A stretch of 63,183 bases of DNA, counting the filler, from Intoshia linei (lineage: Eukaryota; Animalia; Orthonectida): NCBI GenBank assembly GCA_001642005.1. It is 5 parts of 5 records of this genome, joined end to end, with 100 filler letters (N's around TTAATTAATTAA, not from the genome) between each part and the next. Parts side by side here need not be neighbours in the genome. Positions count along the whole stretch, not along the records: positions 30,581 to 61,588 come from LWCA01000350.1; positions 61,689 to 63,183 come from LWCA01002597.1; 3 more parts are not named here. The stretch is one strand, 5' to 3'. Every line of letters begins with the position of its first letter. Position 1 is the stretch's first letter. Shown here one piece after another: positions 52,001 to 63,183 of the stretch. The translations under genes were made by a program, and so were the position numbers. Below the pieces are notes generated by a model, which was not told where the DNA came from, ran no database searches, and saw nothing but the letters and a program-made list of their open reading frames with translations.

Positions 52001-52852
52001 GACTCTTATAAAACATTTAACGCACGAATCGTGTGAAACGATGAGTAGTGTCATATATCATTTTTTTGAAATATTTTAATGATTGTGATTAATATGATGT
52101 ACAAAACATGTGAATTAATTAACGGTCTGAAAATTAAAAAAAAATTAGTCTGATAGAGCTTATTCCAGTTAATATAAATACAAAAGTTAAACCCGCGAAA
52201 TCTACGCATTCCCGGTGAAAAATAATTTTTAATATATTATCAACCAATATTTTTCAAATATTTCGAATTAAAATAAAAATATTGACCTACAATTTCAAAA
52301 AAAATATGGGTGAAAATCTATATACATTCATGTAATTCATTCCTTCGCAATTTTTAAATTTCAAATTCTTATTTTCAACATCCACATCATTTAACAAACA
52401 AAAAATTAAGATGAAATAATTCAATTAAAGTATAAAGTAATGTGATATGATGGTTCCACCTGACACAAATTTGGGAACCACTTTTTTAAAAGATTGATAA
52501 TAGTAAATAGTAGTATTTCTAAATTAGATTTTCAACGTGAATTTATTTTTTGAGTATAATAAAAATGTGCCCTAGGCAGAGACAACCTAGTTAAATATAT
52601 TACCTGTTCTGGATTAGATACCATTAAATGGACATCAAAGAATGCGTTTTGCAGTTCATTTCTTAAACTAGAAATTACTGGAGGACCAATCGTTAAATTT
52701 GGAACAAAATGTCCGTCCATTACATCAAGGTGTAAATAATCTACTCCATTTTTCAATAAATTGTTGCTTGTTTCATACAGTTTTGATAAATTTGAAGATA
52801 AAATTGAAGCACCTATTATATAATTTTTCTTAAAAATGTTTTTAAGTTTCAT
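49045..52852 (-). CDS. RPE: Ribulose-phosphate 3-epimerase
   Basis: Exons 52852-52604, ~49603-49487, 49454-49227 and 49143-49045. Motifs [38 protein letters not shown] and IQIDGGI. Confidence 0.95.
49776..50853 (+). mobile_element. Chapaev3 (CMC) internally deleted DNA transposon in RPE intron 1
   Basis: TTA|CACTAGACAACA ... TGTTGTCTAGTG|TTA (CAC..GTG TIRs, 3-bp TTA TSD). Remnant [21 protein letters not shown] at ~50212-50275 matches the Chapaev3 M.F..P..W......DCYFC motif. Confidence 0.8.
51444..51684. mobile_element. hAT MITE
   Basis: CAGTGGTGGCTC ... GAGCCGCCACTG with a perfect TSD ATTATAAT. Confidence 0.88.
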
Positions 52853-53868
52853 TTTTAATTTTAGTAAAGTTCATTTGGTATACATTGGTATTTATATTAT
52901 TTTCAAATTACAACTTTTAATTTGTCTATTCATGGCATTTAATAATTAAAATATTCTGATTGTTTTTAGTATTAAATCTAAAATGTCAAGTCAAGACACA
53001 TATAATGACAATAAATTATCAATTATAATTTTATCATTTTAAAATTATTTTACTTTTAATTATTATATTATAAACTTAACAAAATTATTTTAACCCAGTT
53101 TATATACATTATGGTCTTTTTTGAAATTATGTAATTTTTTTAAAAATGATAAAAATTTTGTCCGTGAAATGTGTCTAAAATATGCGATTTTTTTTAATTA
53201 ATATAATTAATGTTACATGATCTATGTTATATCTTAAAATTTTAACAAATGCATGAAAACTACGGTGAAAAAAAAGTAAAGACGCGGAGGTTTTTTGTGA
53301 GGAAAATAAAAAATATTTATATAATTCTGCAGCAAATTAAATGGAAATTATTGTCTATATATTTCTTTTTTAAATGTCCAAAAAAAGTCAAAATTGGAAT
53401 AGCCCTATTGTACAATAGGGGTGTAATTTTTTATACTTTTTTTCGAAATTTCATGGTCCAAATACTGATAAAGTTGCGTGTGATAGTTTTATGATAATCG
53501 TTTAAAAAAGATTAATTTTTGAAAATTTTTAGTGGAAGAGCTTGCCATTTTAAAAATTTCATACATGTTCTACAAAAACTAAAATATAACGTCATTTACT
53601 GGAATGTTACGATGAGATCCTGTAGTTATGTTTTGAGTGGTCTTGTGTTGTTTGGTTGTTCACTTTGCATCTTTAAATTCAATTCTACCTCATTTATTTC
53701 TATTTTTAGTGACAATTTTTATAAAATTATAAGAACTTTAAACAACTAACATGTAGTTTTAAATTTAACATAAAAGTTGTAAATTTTAATACAAAAAAAG
53801 CACACATAAAACATAAAGATTAATGGATTACGGTTTTATACATAACAAGATTTTAATGACATTTGTAT

Positions 53869-54902
53869 TCATCCTAATTGACCAGTTTTGGATCTTTTTT
53901 GACAATACAAACAATTTGGCTAAAAGGGAATAAAAATAATTTAAAAGTAAGATTTTCTAAGCAATTTCCGTATAATTAACCGATAAGTGTTTAATCATCA
54001 ATGGCAAGATTCACCATTACATTTTTAACTAGTGATGAGAAAATTACAAAAAATATAAATTCATTCTTTCTATTACTGTTATTACTACCCGTAATCAAAA
54101 ATAGACCCCTAAAAAGTTTCTCAAACAATGCCATCAAGTCAGATATAGTCCAAAACTAAAAAAACGTGTATATATAATTTTCAAATGTGAGATGACACTA
54201 AGCCTACGCGCATCCAAGTTTGACAATCATTGCTTAAAACTCTTAAAACGGAAAACGTTTAAAAAGGCACAATGTCATTTTATATTATATATTATTTCTA
54301 TATAATTTCAATGTTATATTATTACTATCAAAATATTAATAAGTAGCACATGAAATCCAATATAAGCCAAACAAATGATAATAATTATGTAAGTCCACTT
54401 TTTTTGGTCGTATGAAGAATTGTCTTGTAATCTTTCTAATTGACATTGCTTTAATTTTTCCGTTTCCTCCGCCAGTACTATTTTGGCCTTCATAAACAAA
54501 TCATGAAATGTATCTGAAATAAAAACTAATAATAATTATTCTAATAAGAATAGAAATAAATTGAAATATGGGTTCACAAAAAATTTTTGAATAAATCTAA
54601 AGTAAAGTGTCCAGAAAAATACGTACTATCACTTTTAGTTTATTTGAAATAAATTTTAAGCCGAAAATTTTTATTCGTCATCATAGATAAGTAGTTTTGG
54701 CTTTAAATTTATCATCAAATAAACTAAAATTGATATTACGTATTTTTTCTGCCCACTTTATCTAAGCATAGAGTAAGGACAAGAAAAACAAATTTTTCAT
54801 CAAATTCTATCAACTTCAGCTCCAACTCTGAAAAAATCCAAATGAACCATCAAATTAAAATTTAAACAACAACAATAACATAAATAACTAACCTTTAGTC
54901 AT
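53869..54902 (-). CDS. Small single-pass membrane protein A (~82 aa), TM followed by CxxC; unknown family
   Basis: Exons 54902-54893, 54513-54326 and 53919-53869 give MTKDTFHDLF..EKLKQCQLERLQDN..KWTYIIII..INILI|PNCLYCQKRSKTGQLG*. Paralogous to the neighbour at 55018. Confidence 0.65.
54603..54760. repeat. Foldback/hairpin MITE (~65-bp arms) in intron
   Basis: TAAAGTGTCCAGAAAAATACGTACTATCACTTTTAGTTTATTTGA is mirrored by TCAAATAAACTAAAATTGATATTACGTATTTTTTCTGCCCACTTTA. Confidence 0.8.
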
Positions 54903-55017
54903 ATTTGAAGTAATATTGAAATGGAGGATCACCAAGATAATTTCTTGGCAGATGTTTATCACTAAAAGAAAAAATAAAAGGCAGAATTTAAACTTTAACT
55001 TAATTTAAAAAATTTTA

Positions 55018-55601
55018 ATGTCGAAACTAAAAACATTTCAACAATATTATGATGAAACGAAATTACAGCTTAAACTGATTAAAGAAAAAAATTTCAACTG
55101 CTTAGAAAATTTAAACAAAAATATATATGAAAATGAAAAGTACATATGGAGATATATAACGTTTCTAATAATAACAGTTTTTATTGTTTTAAACATAATT
55201 GTCATTACCCTATTACATGTAATATTTTACTTTTAAAATTAATCAAAAGGTAAATATAAAAAATTAAAATAAAATGTACATTGTACAATATAATATTTAA
55301 TTTAGAGAACATGCTATAAATGTGGACTAGTCAAAAACACAAACGTAAGAATCATTTAAATTCTTTCATTTAATTCTTTCAATTATAGCAAATTATACCC
55401 AAACAAAATAAAATTGAAACTGGACCGAAAGTAATGAAACCCACGTCAAAAATAAAAGAGAAAATTAAATGTAATGATAAAAAGAAAAAGAAACTTGCAA
55501 ACCCTCAAACAGAATTAAACAAAAATACTCCAAAATATAAAGGCATCGCCAAAGTACAAAATGAACGAATGAATGCTGATTATATTATGAAAAATTATTA
55601 A
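55018..55601 (+). CDS. Small single-pass membrane protein B (~150 aa), TM + CxxC + basic tail; unknown family
   Basis: Exons 55018-55218, 55306-55344 and 55389-55601 splice in phase 0: MSKLKTFQQYY..EKNFNCLENLNKN..IWRYITFL..ITLLH|RTCYKCGLVKNTN|QIIPK..KKKKK..MKNY*. Confidence 0.7.
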
Positions 55602-55619
55602 CTAAAAAATTTATTTAAT

Positions 55620-58600
55620 TTACATTTCTTTTTCAATCATTGTATTGAGCTGTTGTACTACTTTAGGGTTTTGAATTTTTGATACAACGGAATGTAGAGA
55701 TTCATAATTCTAAAAAAATTGCATGTAATCTAAAAATCAAAATACCAAATATTCATTGTCAATGTTTTCTCTTTCTTCCTAAATATACCAATGATGAATA
55801 TAATATTTTAATTACAAGTAATAATCGTACTCGTTCTATTTTAGCACCATATTTATAATTGTAATAGAGCAAAAATCCCATTCCCATCCATATGGAAAAT
55901 ATTAGAAATGAAAATTGAATATATAGTAAAACTTTTTGCTGAGCTAAAATTTTATTGTACAGATAATATTAATTATATATTTTACTTTTTCGTACATAAT
56001 TCAGTAAAAGCATGAAAAATTGTTGAACAATTGTCCCAGAAAACGTGAGAAATAAAGCATTACGATGCATTTTATCTGTTTTTCGAACAGATACATGCAA
56101 TGCTTTATATTCATAAAATAAATTGTATCGATCCACAAATTGACGAAACAAGAAATAAAGAAAACCTACATTTTAAAATTTAAATAATAAACGTTTCCGT
56201 TCGTTTGAAGGTTTCACAAAATCCAAGTCTTAAAAATTTACTTTTATAACCCTTTCAAAAGAAATTTAAAATTATTTTAATCAAACTCTATTTTGATTTT
56301 TTCGTTACGTTTATACATATTATTTTGTACTTTGCTATCTTCGACATACAGATATCAATCAGTCTAAAATTTTATAATTTCGTAAAACCGCCAAACTGAT
56401 GTAATATAACATAATAGAAAATGCATTTTAAATTTTTCAAAAGCTATTACTTAATACAATTTATATATGTAAAATTTATTTCTTAAATACTTTACCAAAT
56501 ATAGTTATTATCGGACAAATTAAACTATATGTAATCACAATTGAACAAATGCAAACCAATTCAGCATAACATTTCCCATAATTAAATTGAAATCGTTCCT
56601 TCTAATTATATTTTTTAAATTTTATTTTTAACAAATTGGCAATAACAAATAACAGGGTTACCCAACACGTCGATTACTCATTTATTCAGAAATAATTATG
56701 CATATCAATTTTTTTTATTATAAACTATATATTCTTATAGTTTTCCTGTTACAAGTAATATGTAGTTTGTACAAACAGTACCTAGCTCTTTTTGGGGGCT
56801 GACGCTTCCGGTAATGTAAAATTAAATTTCACTATTTAGTGTATAATTCAGGGTTCCCACTTTTTTCACGGGGACCGATGATAGATGATATAATTTTTAT
56901 TATTATAATTATAATAATTATTAAAAAAAAATCGATAAAAAACATAATAAATTGAGTTTTAATTTTAGTAAAAATTTTTCATGGACCAGTAATGGTCCGC
57001 GGACCGGAATTTGGAGCGCTGTTATAATTATTAAGTGGCAATAATTACATCTACAGAAATTTACAATTTTACTGATAAAAATGCAAATATTTTAAATTGA
57101 AATCAATTTCTCTAAAGCATGGGTCAGCAACCTTTTGTATCTTGTGGGACACGTTTTTATTTCAAAAAATTTTCCGGGCCGAGTTTTGAAAATTTACACA
57201 TGATATATTTCAATTTTAAAAAAAGAGAAATGGATTGAGATGATTTTATTTAAAAAAAAAAGGAAATTGGGTTTTGCCTTGAATGATTTTTTAAATATAT
57301 GATAAAACACATACATTCAATTTTATATAAGTAAAGGGTTCAATCTTTTAAAAGCTAATTAAAATTTGAATAATTGCTGTTAATAAATTGACGTTTACTT
57401 TTGAATTATAAATGTAACTTTTATAAATTTATCAAACATATCTAAAATTAACTTTTGGCCCATTTGATAACATATTAAAATTCGTTTTTGACCAGTAACA
57501 TGTGGATTTCTGAGATTGAAATGAATCTGAAATTTTTCTCTAGTTCAACTGGAATTCATTTCAATGTCTACATCAGACTAATCCTTTTGTAAAAAATTAA
57601 AGGTCAATGATATCCAAACATTTTACTGTTGAAGCGCGCCCAATACCTAAAATTTTTTTTTACCATTTCAAATCGATTTACACGAAAAATTTCACTGGGT
57701 TTTGCTGGAATAGTCTCCCCAAAAAATGTGGACCCAAATGTTAAAACATTATCAAAATGACCATACAAAACGTTTGGTGATTTGTTTGTTTGAAGTCTAT
57801 AGAATCTATAAGGGTGTCAATTATTCGGCCTCGGGCCATGTACGCCCCCCCCCCCCNAAGGGTGTCAATTATTCGGCCTCGGGCCATGTACGCCCCCCCC
57901 CCCCAATTATGGAATGTGCGGTCCGCGTTATAATATAAATTTTTATTTTTTACACATATTTCTTATTTTACAGTTTTTTCATATATTTTTATTAATTTAT
58001 TTATTCATTATTACAATTTGAACATTATTTGTACACTTACTTCATTTTTATTGTTTCATATTTCATTTTATGAATTAAAATTATTATAAATTAATTAAAT
58101 CTCTTAGTTTTAACATAATTTTTTGAGTACAGATTTTTTTTCACATTTGGCCCTCCAAGCAAATTGAGTCTGACACCCCTGGTATAGATAATGTAGCTTT
58201 TCGGCTGAATTGATGAAAAGGTTGTGCACTCTGCACTAAACTATCATTAAGCACAATTTCGGAACCACCGTTCTAGATCATTGGAGTAAAAGCCTTAATT
58301 ATAACGCAAATATGTGTATATTACAAAAATAAATAATTATAAAATAATAATAACCTCTGAAATTAATCGTCTTTCAACAGACGATTTCGATCCCATAATT
58401 TTAACAAAATATAACAACAAATCTGGTATTCTCAGTAATTCAACACAACATCCAATAAAGCAGTTGGTAATGAGATAGTTCACGAAAAATGAAGAAGACG
58501 TAAAAGAAAATACTTTACTAAATTGATTTTATTAATTGTAATGTACTACCATGTATAATACTAATTAATAATTATTAACATGTAATATGTATTGCATGCA

Positions 58601-61411
58601 TTATAGCCACGTCAAATTTGCGGTCAGTTTCAAATTCATGTGCGACCCGACTTCGTATATATATAATATACATTATACATATAGTACATGTATTAATAAT
58701 ATATGATACTAGGTTGACTGTTATGTACTACGTACAAACATCACCTAGTTATGCCGAGGGACATTTTTATTCTACCAAAAAAATAAATTCATGTTGAAAA
58801 TCTAACTTAAAAATACCAATTATGTATCAATAATTAACGGAATCTTCACTTTATATAAATAATAACATTTATTATATATATTTCAGGAAAAAATATTTCA
58901 GACGAATTTTACCAATATTGCAAAGGATTCAATCCATAGGATTGTAATAAATATAAAAATAATAATAACTAAGTTGTATTCCTTTTAGTTTCGTTGTTGT
59001 AGTTTAAGTCAGACATTCTCAACCCTTTTTCGCTGTGATACCCTAAGATGATATTACAAAAAACCTGTGGACCCACAAAAAAATTAATAATTACAATTTT
59101 TAATGAATCATTATATTAGGGTGAAACGAATGATGGTGAAATTAAGGTTGCTAAAACTGGAATTTTCACTAATAGTTTAGTAAAACTGATCTTTTCATTT
59201 TAGGGTTGTTAAGACTGAATTTTTCCATTAAGATTTGGTAAAACAAGAATTTTCACAAAAGGGTTGGTGAATTTTGATTTTTAGTTAAAATGATTTGACT
59301 TAAGTAGACAATGTCTACTACACATTTATCCCTTACATCCTTATCAAAATATAAAAAATAATTTTTACTTAAATTACAATGTATAAATAATTATTTACAC
59401 TAAAAATTACTCCCATGAAATATCATCAGTGTCGTGTTTACTTAATGTAAAATATACCAAAACAGCATTTATACTAATAATATATTAATATTTATAAATA
59501 TATAGTATTGCATAAAAAACCTGGTAACACCGAGTGCAGGGAAAATCAACGCCATCATTATTAAATGTACTGAGGTTGTAATCATGACAGATTGTCGAAA
59601 ATTGGAACTAGAATATATTACAAACAAATACATTGAAACTGCTTCAATCTCAACACAATTTATGAAACATATCATATATACCAGGGGTTCCCACAATTTT
59701 TCCACGGCGGACCTGTAATAAATTATAAAATTTAACGCGGAACATTAAAGAAAAATTATGAGGCAACCTTTGATAAAATAATTTGATAAAAAACGTTTAA
59801 ATTGAATTTTAAATGGTAAAACTTTTTTCAAAATTATTAAAGGACCAGTAATGGTCCACCCACTAGCATTTGAGAAACGCTGAGTTATACTAAATCAATG
59901 ATTTCTATCATGGCCGGTAGCACCAACATAGGGCGTTTGAGCCTTAGGTGGATCGTTGTAAATTTTTTTAACTTTGGGTATTTTTACCTTTATACTCTTA
60001 TTACTTATAGTTTTGTTAGATGCTGATTTAACACGTCTTCCTTTTAACAGCACCATCAATAAAAAATTACATTAATTTGTGTTTCCATAATTTAATAGTT
60101 AAATAACAAACATTTGGCAACAATAAGGTAAAAATGAATAATAAATAGGTAGGTAAAATCAATCCAATTTTTGATATCTATTAAAAATTAATTCTGTAAA
60201 TAAACAGATACAAACATGTATTAAAAAATTACCGATTCAGATATATTAAAGGTTTCAACATCAATAATATTAAAAATTTTGAGGCAAACAGTTGGAGTAG
60301 TAAAAAAAATTAACACAATAAGCAATATCAAAATTGTACACATTCGACGAAACATCAAAGTAGACCTCACATAAGCCAGATTTTCCCTATAAAAAAGCAC
60401 AAAATTAACATTAATATTAATATTAACGTTGTCATTCTATATTTATATAAATTTATAATTTACCAAATCAGATCAGTCGCATTGGGAGCGTCACTAATTT
60501 TTGATGAATATAAATTGATGCTATTGTTGCGAACAGATTTAAATTTCATTTTAAAACTAAAAAAAAATAAGCATATTTCATACGAAAAAAACTCTAAAGT
60601 TTCTGAAACAGAATCAAAGACTAAAAATGTGATTCCGATCGCTGTAGCAGAATTAAAGTTTGAACATTGTTGAGATAAAGCATCGTTATACTTGGAAAGT
60701 ACATTTTTATAATATTCTCGAGAGCTATAATCAATAATATTCTCATTATTAACACAGCATGGAGAACACTTTAATTTGCAAGAATTGTTATACATTTTAT
60801 ACTTTTCTATAAAAATTTTATTTGAATCCAATTTTTTCATTTCAACCCGACATTCATATTCCTCAAAGCTGGTTTGGATTATATCACTAAACCATGTTTA
60901 TTTATCCATTTTAAATTATTTACAATTTTATAGCTTTAACCAACAATTTTTCCGTGTTTTTGACTAAATATATTTTTGGCTTGGGTTGGGTATCCGCATC
61001 TTTATACATGTCACTAATTAATTATACATTTTGTCAAATACTATTACTTGATCATTTCTTTCCAAAATTTGATTGTATTTAAAGAATGAGGATAAATATC
61101 AACAATCATTAAACAAGTTGATTTGTAAATCTTGGAAAAACATTATTATGGTCTATTCTAATTTGTTAAAATTTCAAAATTACCTTATCAAATGTTTTTA
61201 AATGTAAAAGGCCGTAATGTATACCAAAAGCAGACATTATCATTATAACGTATACAATTATTGTGTGTGTCCATATGATGGGGGAACTAATTACATTTTT
61301 ATAAACATTTATCCCTTTTTTTATTAACATAATATATATTCAATAAATAATAAATTTACTTGGCTGATATATTCAAATATGTGGTTTTATCAAATTTTGA
61401 AAATTTGGATA
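55620..61411 (-). CDS. TMEM63: TMEM63/OSCA (CSC1-like) mechanosensitive channel; 5' end lost at gap
   Basis: Multi-exon gene with motifs APNATDLIWENL, LIFFTTP, LPTYLL, IFPALG, FFVNYLIT..FIG..VELLRIP, FQFNYG..YA..YSLICPII.IFG and FVDRYNLFY.Y. Stop at 55620-55622. Confidence 0.9.
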
Positions 61412-61588
61412 CTAATATTATAATTAATAACTAAATTAATATATACAGTAGGGTTGGGAAATTTTTTTTTTTCGTAAAAAGCCACCAATTATACTATGAA
61501 TAATTATATAAAAGTCATATTACTTTAAAAAAAATTAAAAAAATATAAAAAATCCTGATGCGCATTTCAATTTAACGTTCATATGGTT

Positions 61589-61688
61589 NNNNNNNNNNNN
61601 NNNNNNNNNNNNNNNNNNNNNNNNNNNNNNNNTTAATTAATTAANNNNNNNNNNNNNNNNNNNNNNNNNNNNNNNNNNNNNNNNNNNN
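61589..61688. other. Artificial 100-bp spacer
   Basis: N44-TTAATTAATTAA-N44. Confidence 0.95.
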
Positions 61689-62532
61689 TGTGCGGCCGTA
61701 GTATCAATGAGAAAAGTAGCATTGTGGCTGAATTGGTGGAAAAGTTGTGCACCAAATGTTGTGTGTCAAATACGTGGCAGGCCGCATTTGTATTTGCATT
61801 TGGTCAGTTGTACTAATATTATTCAAAGGATAATCCAGTTTATCATCGTCGATTACGGAGTAAACTTGGCGAGTTCTTCTTCATTATTTTGTGATAATTC
61901 TATCTTCGAAATTAGAAGTGAAATTTTTTTTGGTGTGGTTTTGTATCCATTTTTTTAATTTATGTAAGATTTATGTTTTAAAATAAATGTTAGAATGATA
62001 AAGCTAGAATTTTAATTTGATATGACTAGCAGGTATTTTTAAAAATTTAGAATTAATTGTTAATTATCATTAATTAATAAGTATGATCTTCTCGCAGTTT
62101 AGGTGTGCAAATGATGATAAACAATTTATTTTGGAATATTTAATAATATATATGCGAATTCGCGGCGGGCCGTAAGTTTGACACGGCTGCTCTAAGATTG
62201 GTTCAATTCCAACATTGGTTAATACACTTATTCCATTTTTATTGTTTCTTATTTCATTTTATTAATTAAAACTTAGTTTAATAATGGTTTGAGTAATAAT
62301 TTTTTTCTTCATATTTGGCCTGCCAAAAAAATTGAGTCTGACACCTGTGCAGGAGTATTAAAGGAAAACTGTACTTTTTTTTAGTAAAATCAAATTTGTT
62401 ATTTGATATTATTAGTACTAAAATACTATATAACTTATACTATATACTCTATATACTGTAATGTATATGAGTACTATACTATTACTCATATATTATTATT
62501 ACTGATATCATAGTTAATAATTATATTTTTAG

Positions 62533-62803
62533 CTTAAATTGTATGTAACAATTTTAAATTCGAGATCATCGAACAATTTATTACCCAGAAACGCAAATAT
62601 TACTTTGTCAGATTTGATTGACATTCAAATAAAAATACTGGATGTAGACGACAATTCACCTGCTTTTCCGGATGTATACGCTACAGAAGACTATACTGTC
62701 GACATTTATGAAGAATGGATCGCTAAAGAAGAAATTGCTCGATTACCATATGCTATTGATGAAGATTATTCTCCATTTAATCATTCTTGTTATTTTATGA
62801 CAA
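62533..62803 (+). CDS. Internal exon of a cadherin-repeat protein
   Basis: AG/GT-bounded exon reading IQIKILDVDDNSPAF...Y.V.IYEE...AIDED: cadherin Ca2+-binding DxDDNxPxF and AxDxD motifs. Confidence 0.85.
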
Positions 62804-63183
62804 GTAATTATGTTATATAATATTTATTACTAGCTTGACTATTTTTTACTTCCTTAAAACATCACCTAGCTCTGCCGATGGCGAAATTTTTTAATATAAT
62901 AAATTATAATTTACCAAAAAAGTAAAACCTATCATAGAAATGCTACTATTCACTATTACCAATTCTTTAAAGGATGGTTTCCAAACGTGTAAATACATTA
63001 TTATTATTTTTAAATTCTAGAACCATTAATTATACAGAGTGGGCCGTAAGTCGCGCACTATAGCATTAAAAACAATTCTGATAATAATAAACGTTATTTT
63101 ATTAAACCAAACTTAACTAATGAACTGAAAAACACGTTGTACACGCTGGTAAAATCATAAATGCTCAAAATGCTCGCTATTTG

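Noticed and set aside
55219-55249. Apparent frameshift or readthrough needed to extend ORF 55018-55236
   Set aside because: Resolved by a phase-0 intron 55219-55305. No recoding is needed.
57809-57904. Perfect direct repeat (~48 bp) AAGGGTGTCAATTATTCGGCCTCGGGCCATGTACG-polyC
   Set aside because: The copies are separated by a single N at a homopolymer: an assembly overlap artifact in a MITE end, not a CRISPR or real repeat.
55620-61411. Initially looked like a GPCR (multi-TM, DRY motif)
   Set aside because: The VDRYNL, IWENL, TTP and FFVNY motifs identify TMEM63/OSCA.
1-63183. tRNA, rRNA, snRNA, CRISPR arrays or prokaryotic operons
   Set aside because: None recognised. GC-rich patches are MITE termini and the sequence is eukaryotic.

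Overview
Very AT-rich animal (metazoan) genomic DNA with spliceosomal introns, many only 30-45 bp. The compact, ciliated-invertebrate signature would fit an orthonectid such as Intoshia linei, but that identification is an unproven inference. Four identical 100-bp spacers (44 N + TTAATTAATTAA + 44 N) split the window into five segments. Genes are truncated at these joins, so the segments are probably concatenated contigs. Genes assembled by hand from GT-AG exons: TPGS2, CAMSAP/Patronin (CH + CKK domains), a 53-aa tandem-repeat protein, a coiled-coil gene with a ~3.2-kb Asn/Lys-rich terminal exon, an SLC6 transporter, a CFAP99-like gene head-to-head with CCDC96, a degraded EGF-like/TM gene, a divergent Rheb, RPE, TMEM63/OSCA and one cadherin exon. 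The most novel item is a head-to-head pair of small paralogous single-pass membrane proteins with a juxtamembrane CxxC and a shared intron position (53.9-55.6 kb). Non-coding DNA is packed with DNA transposons: many hAT MITEs with 8-bp TSDs, a Helitron-like family, a PIF/Harbinger (PHIS) element with AAT target duplication, a Chapaev3 element, a Transib/Chapaev-like remnant, pogo/Tigger remnants and a Ty3/Gypsy fragment. All family calls come from motif recognition, not database searches.
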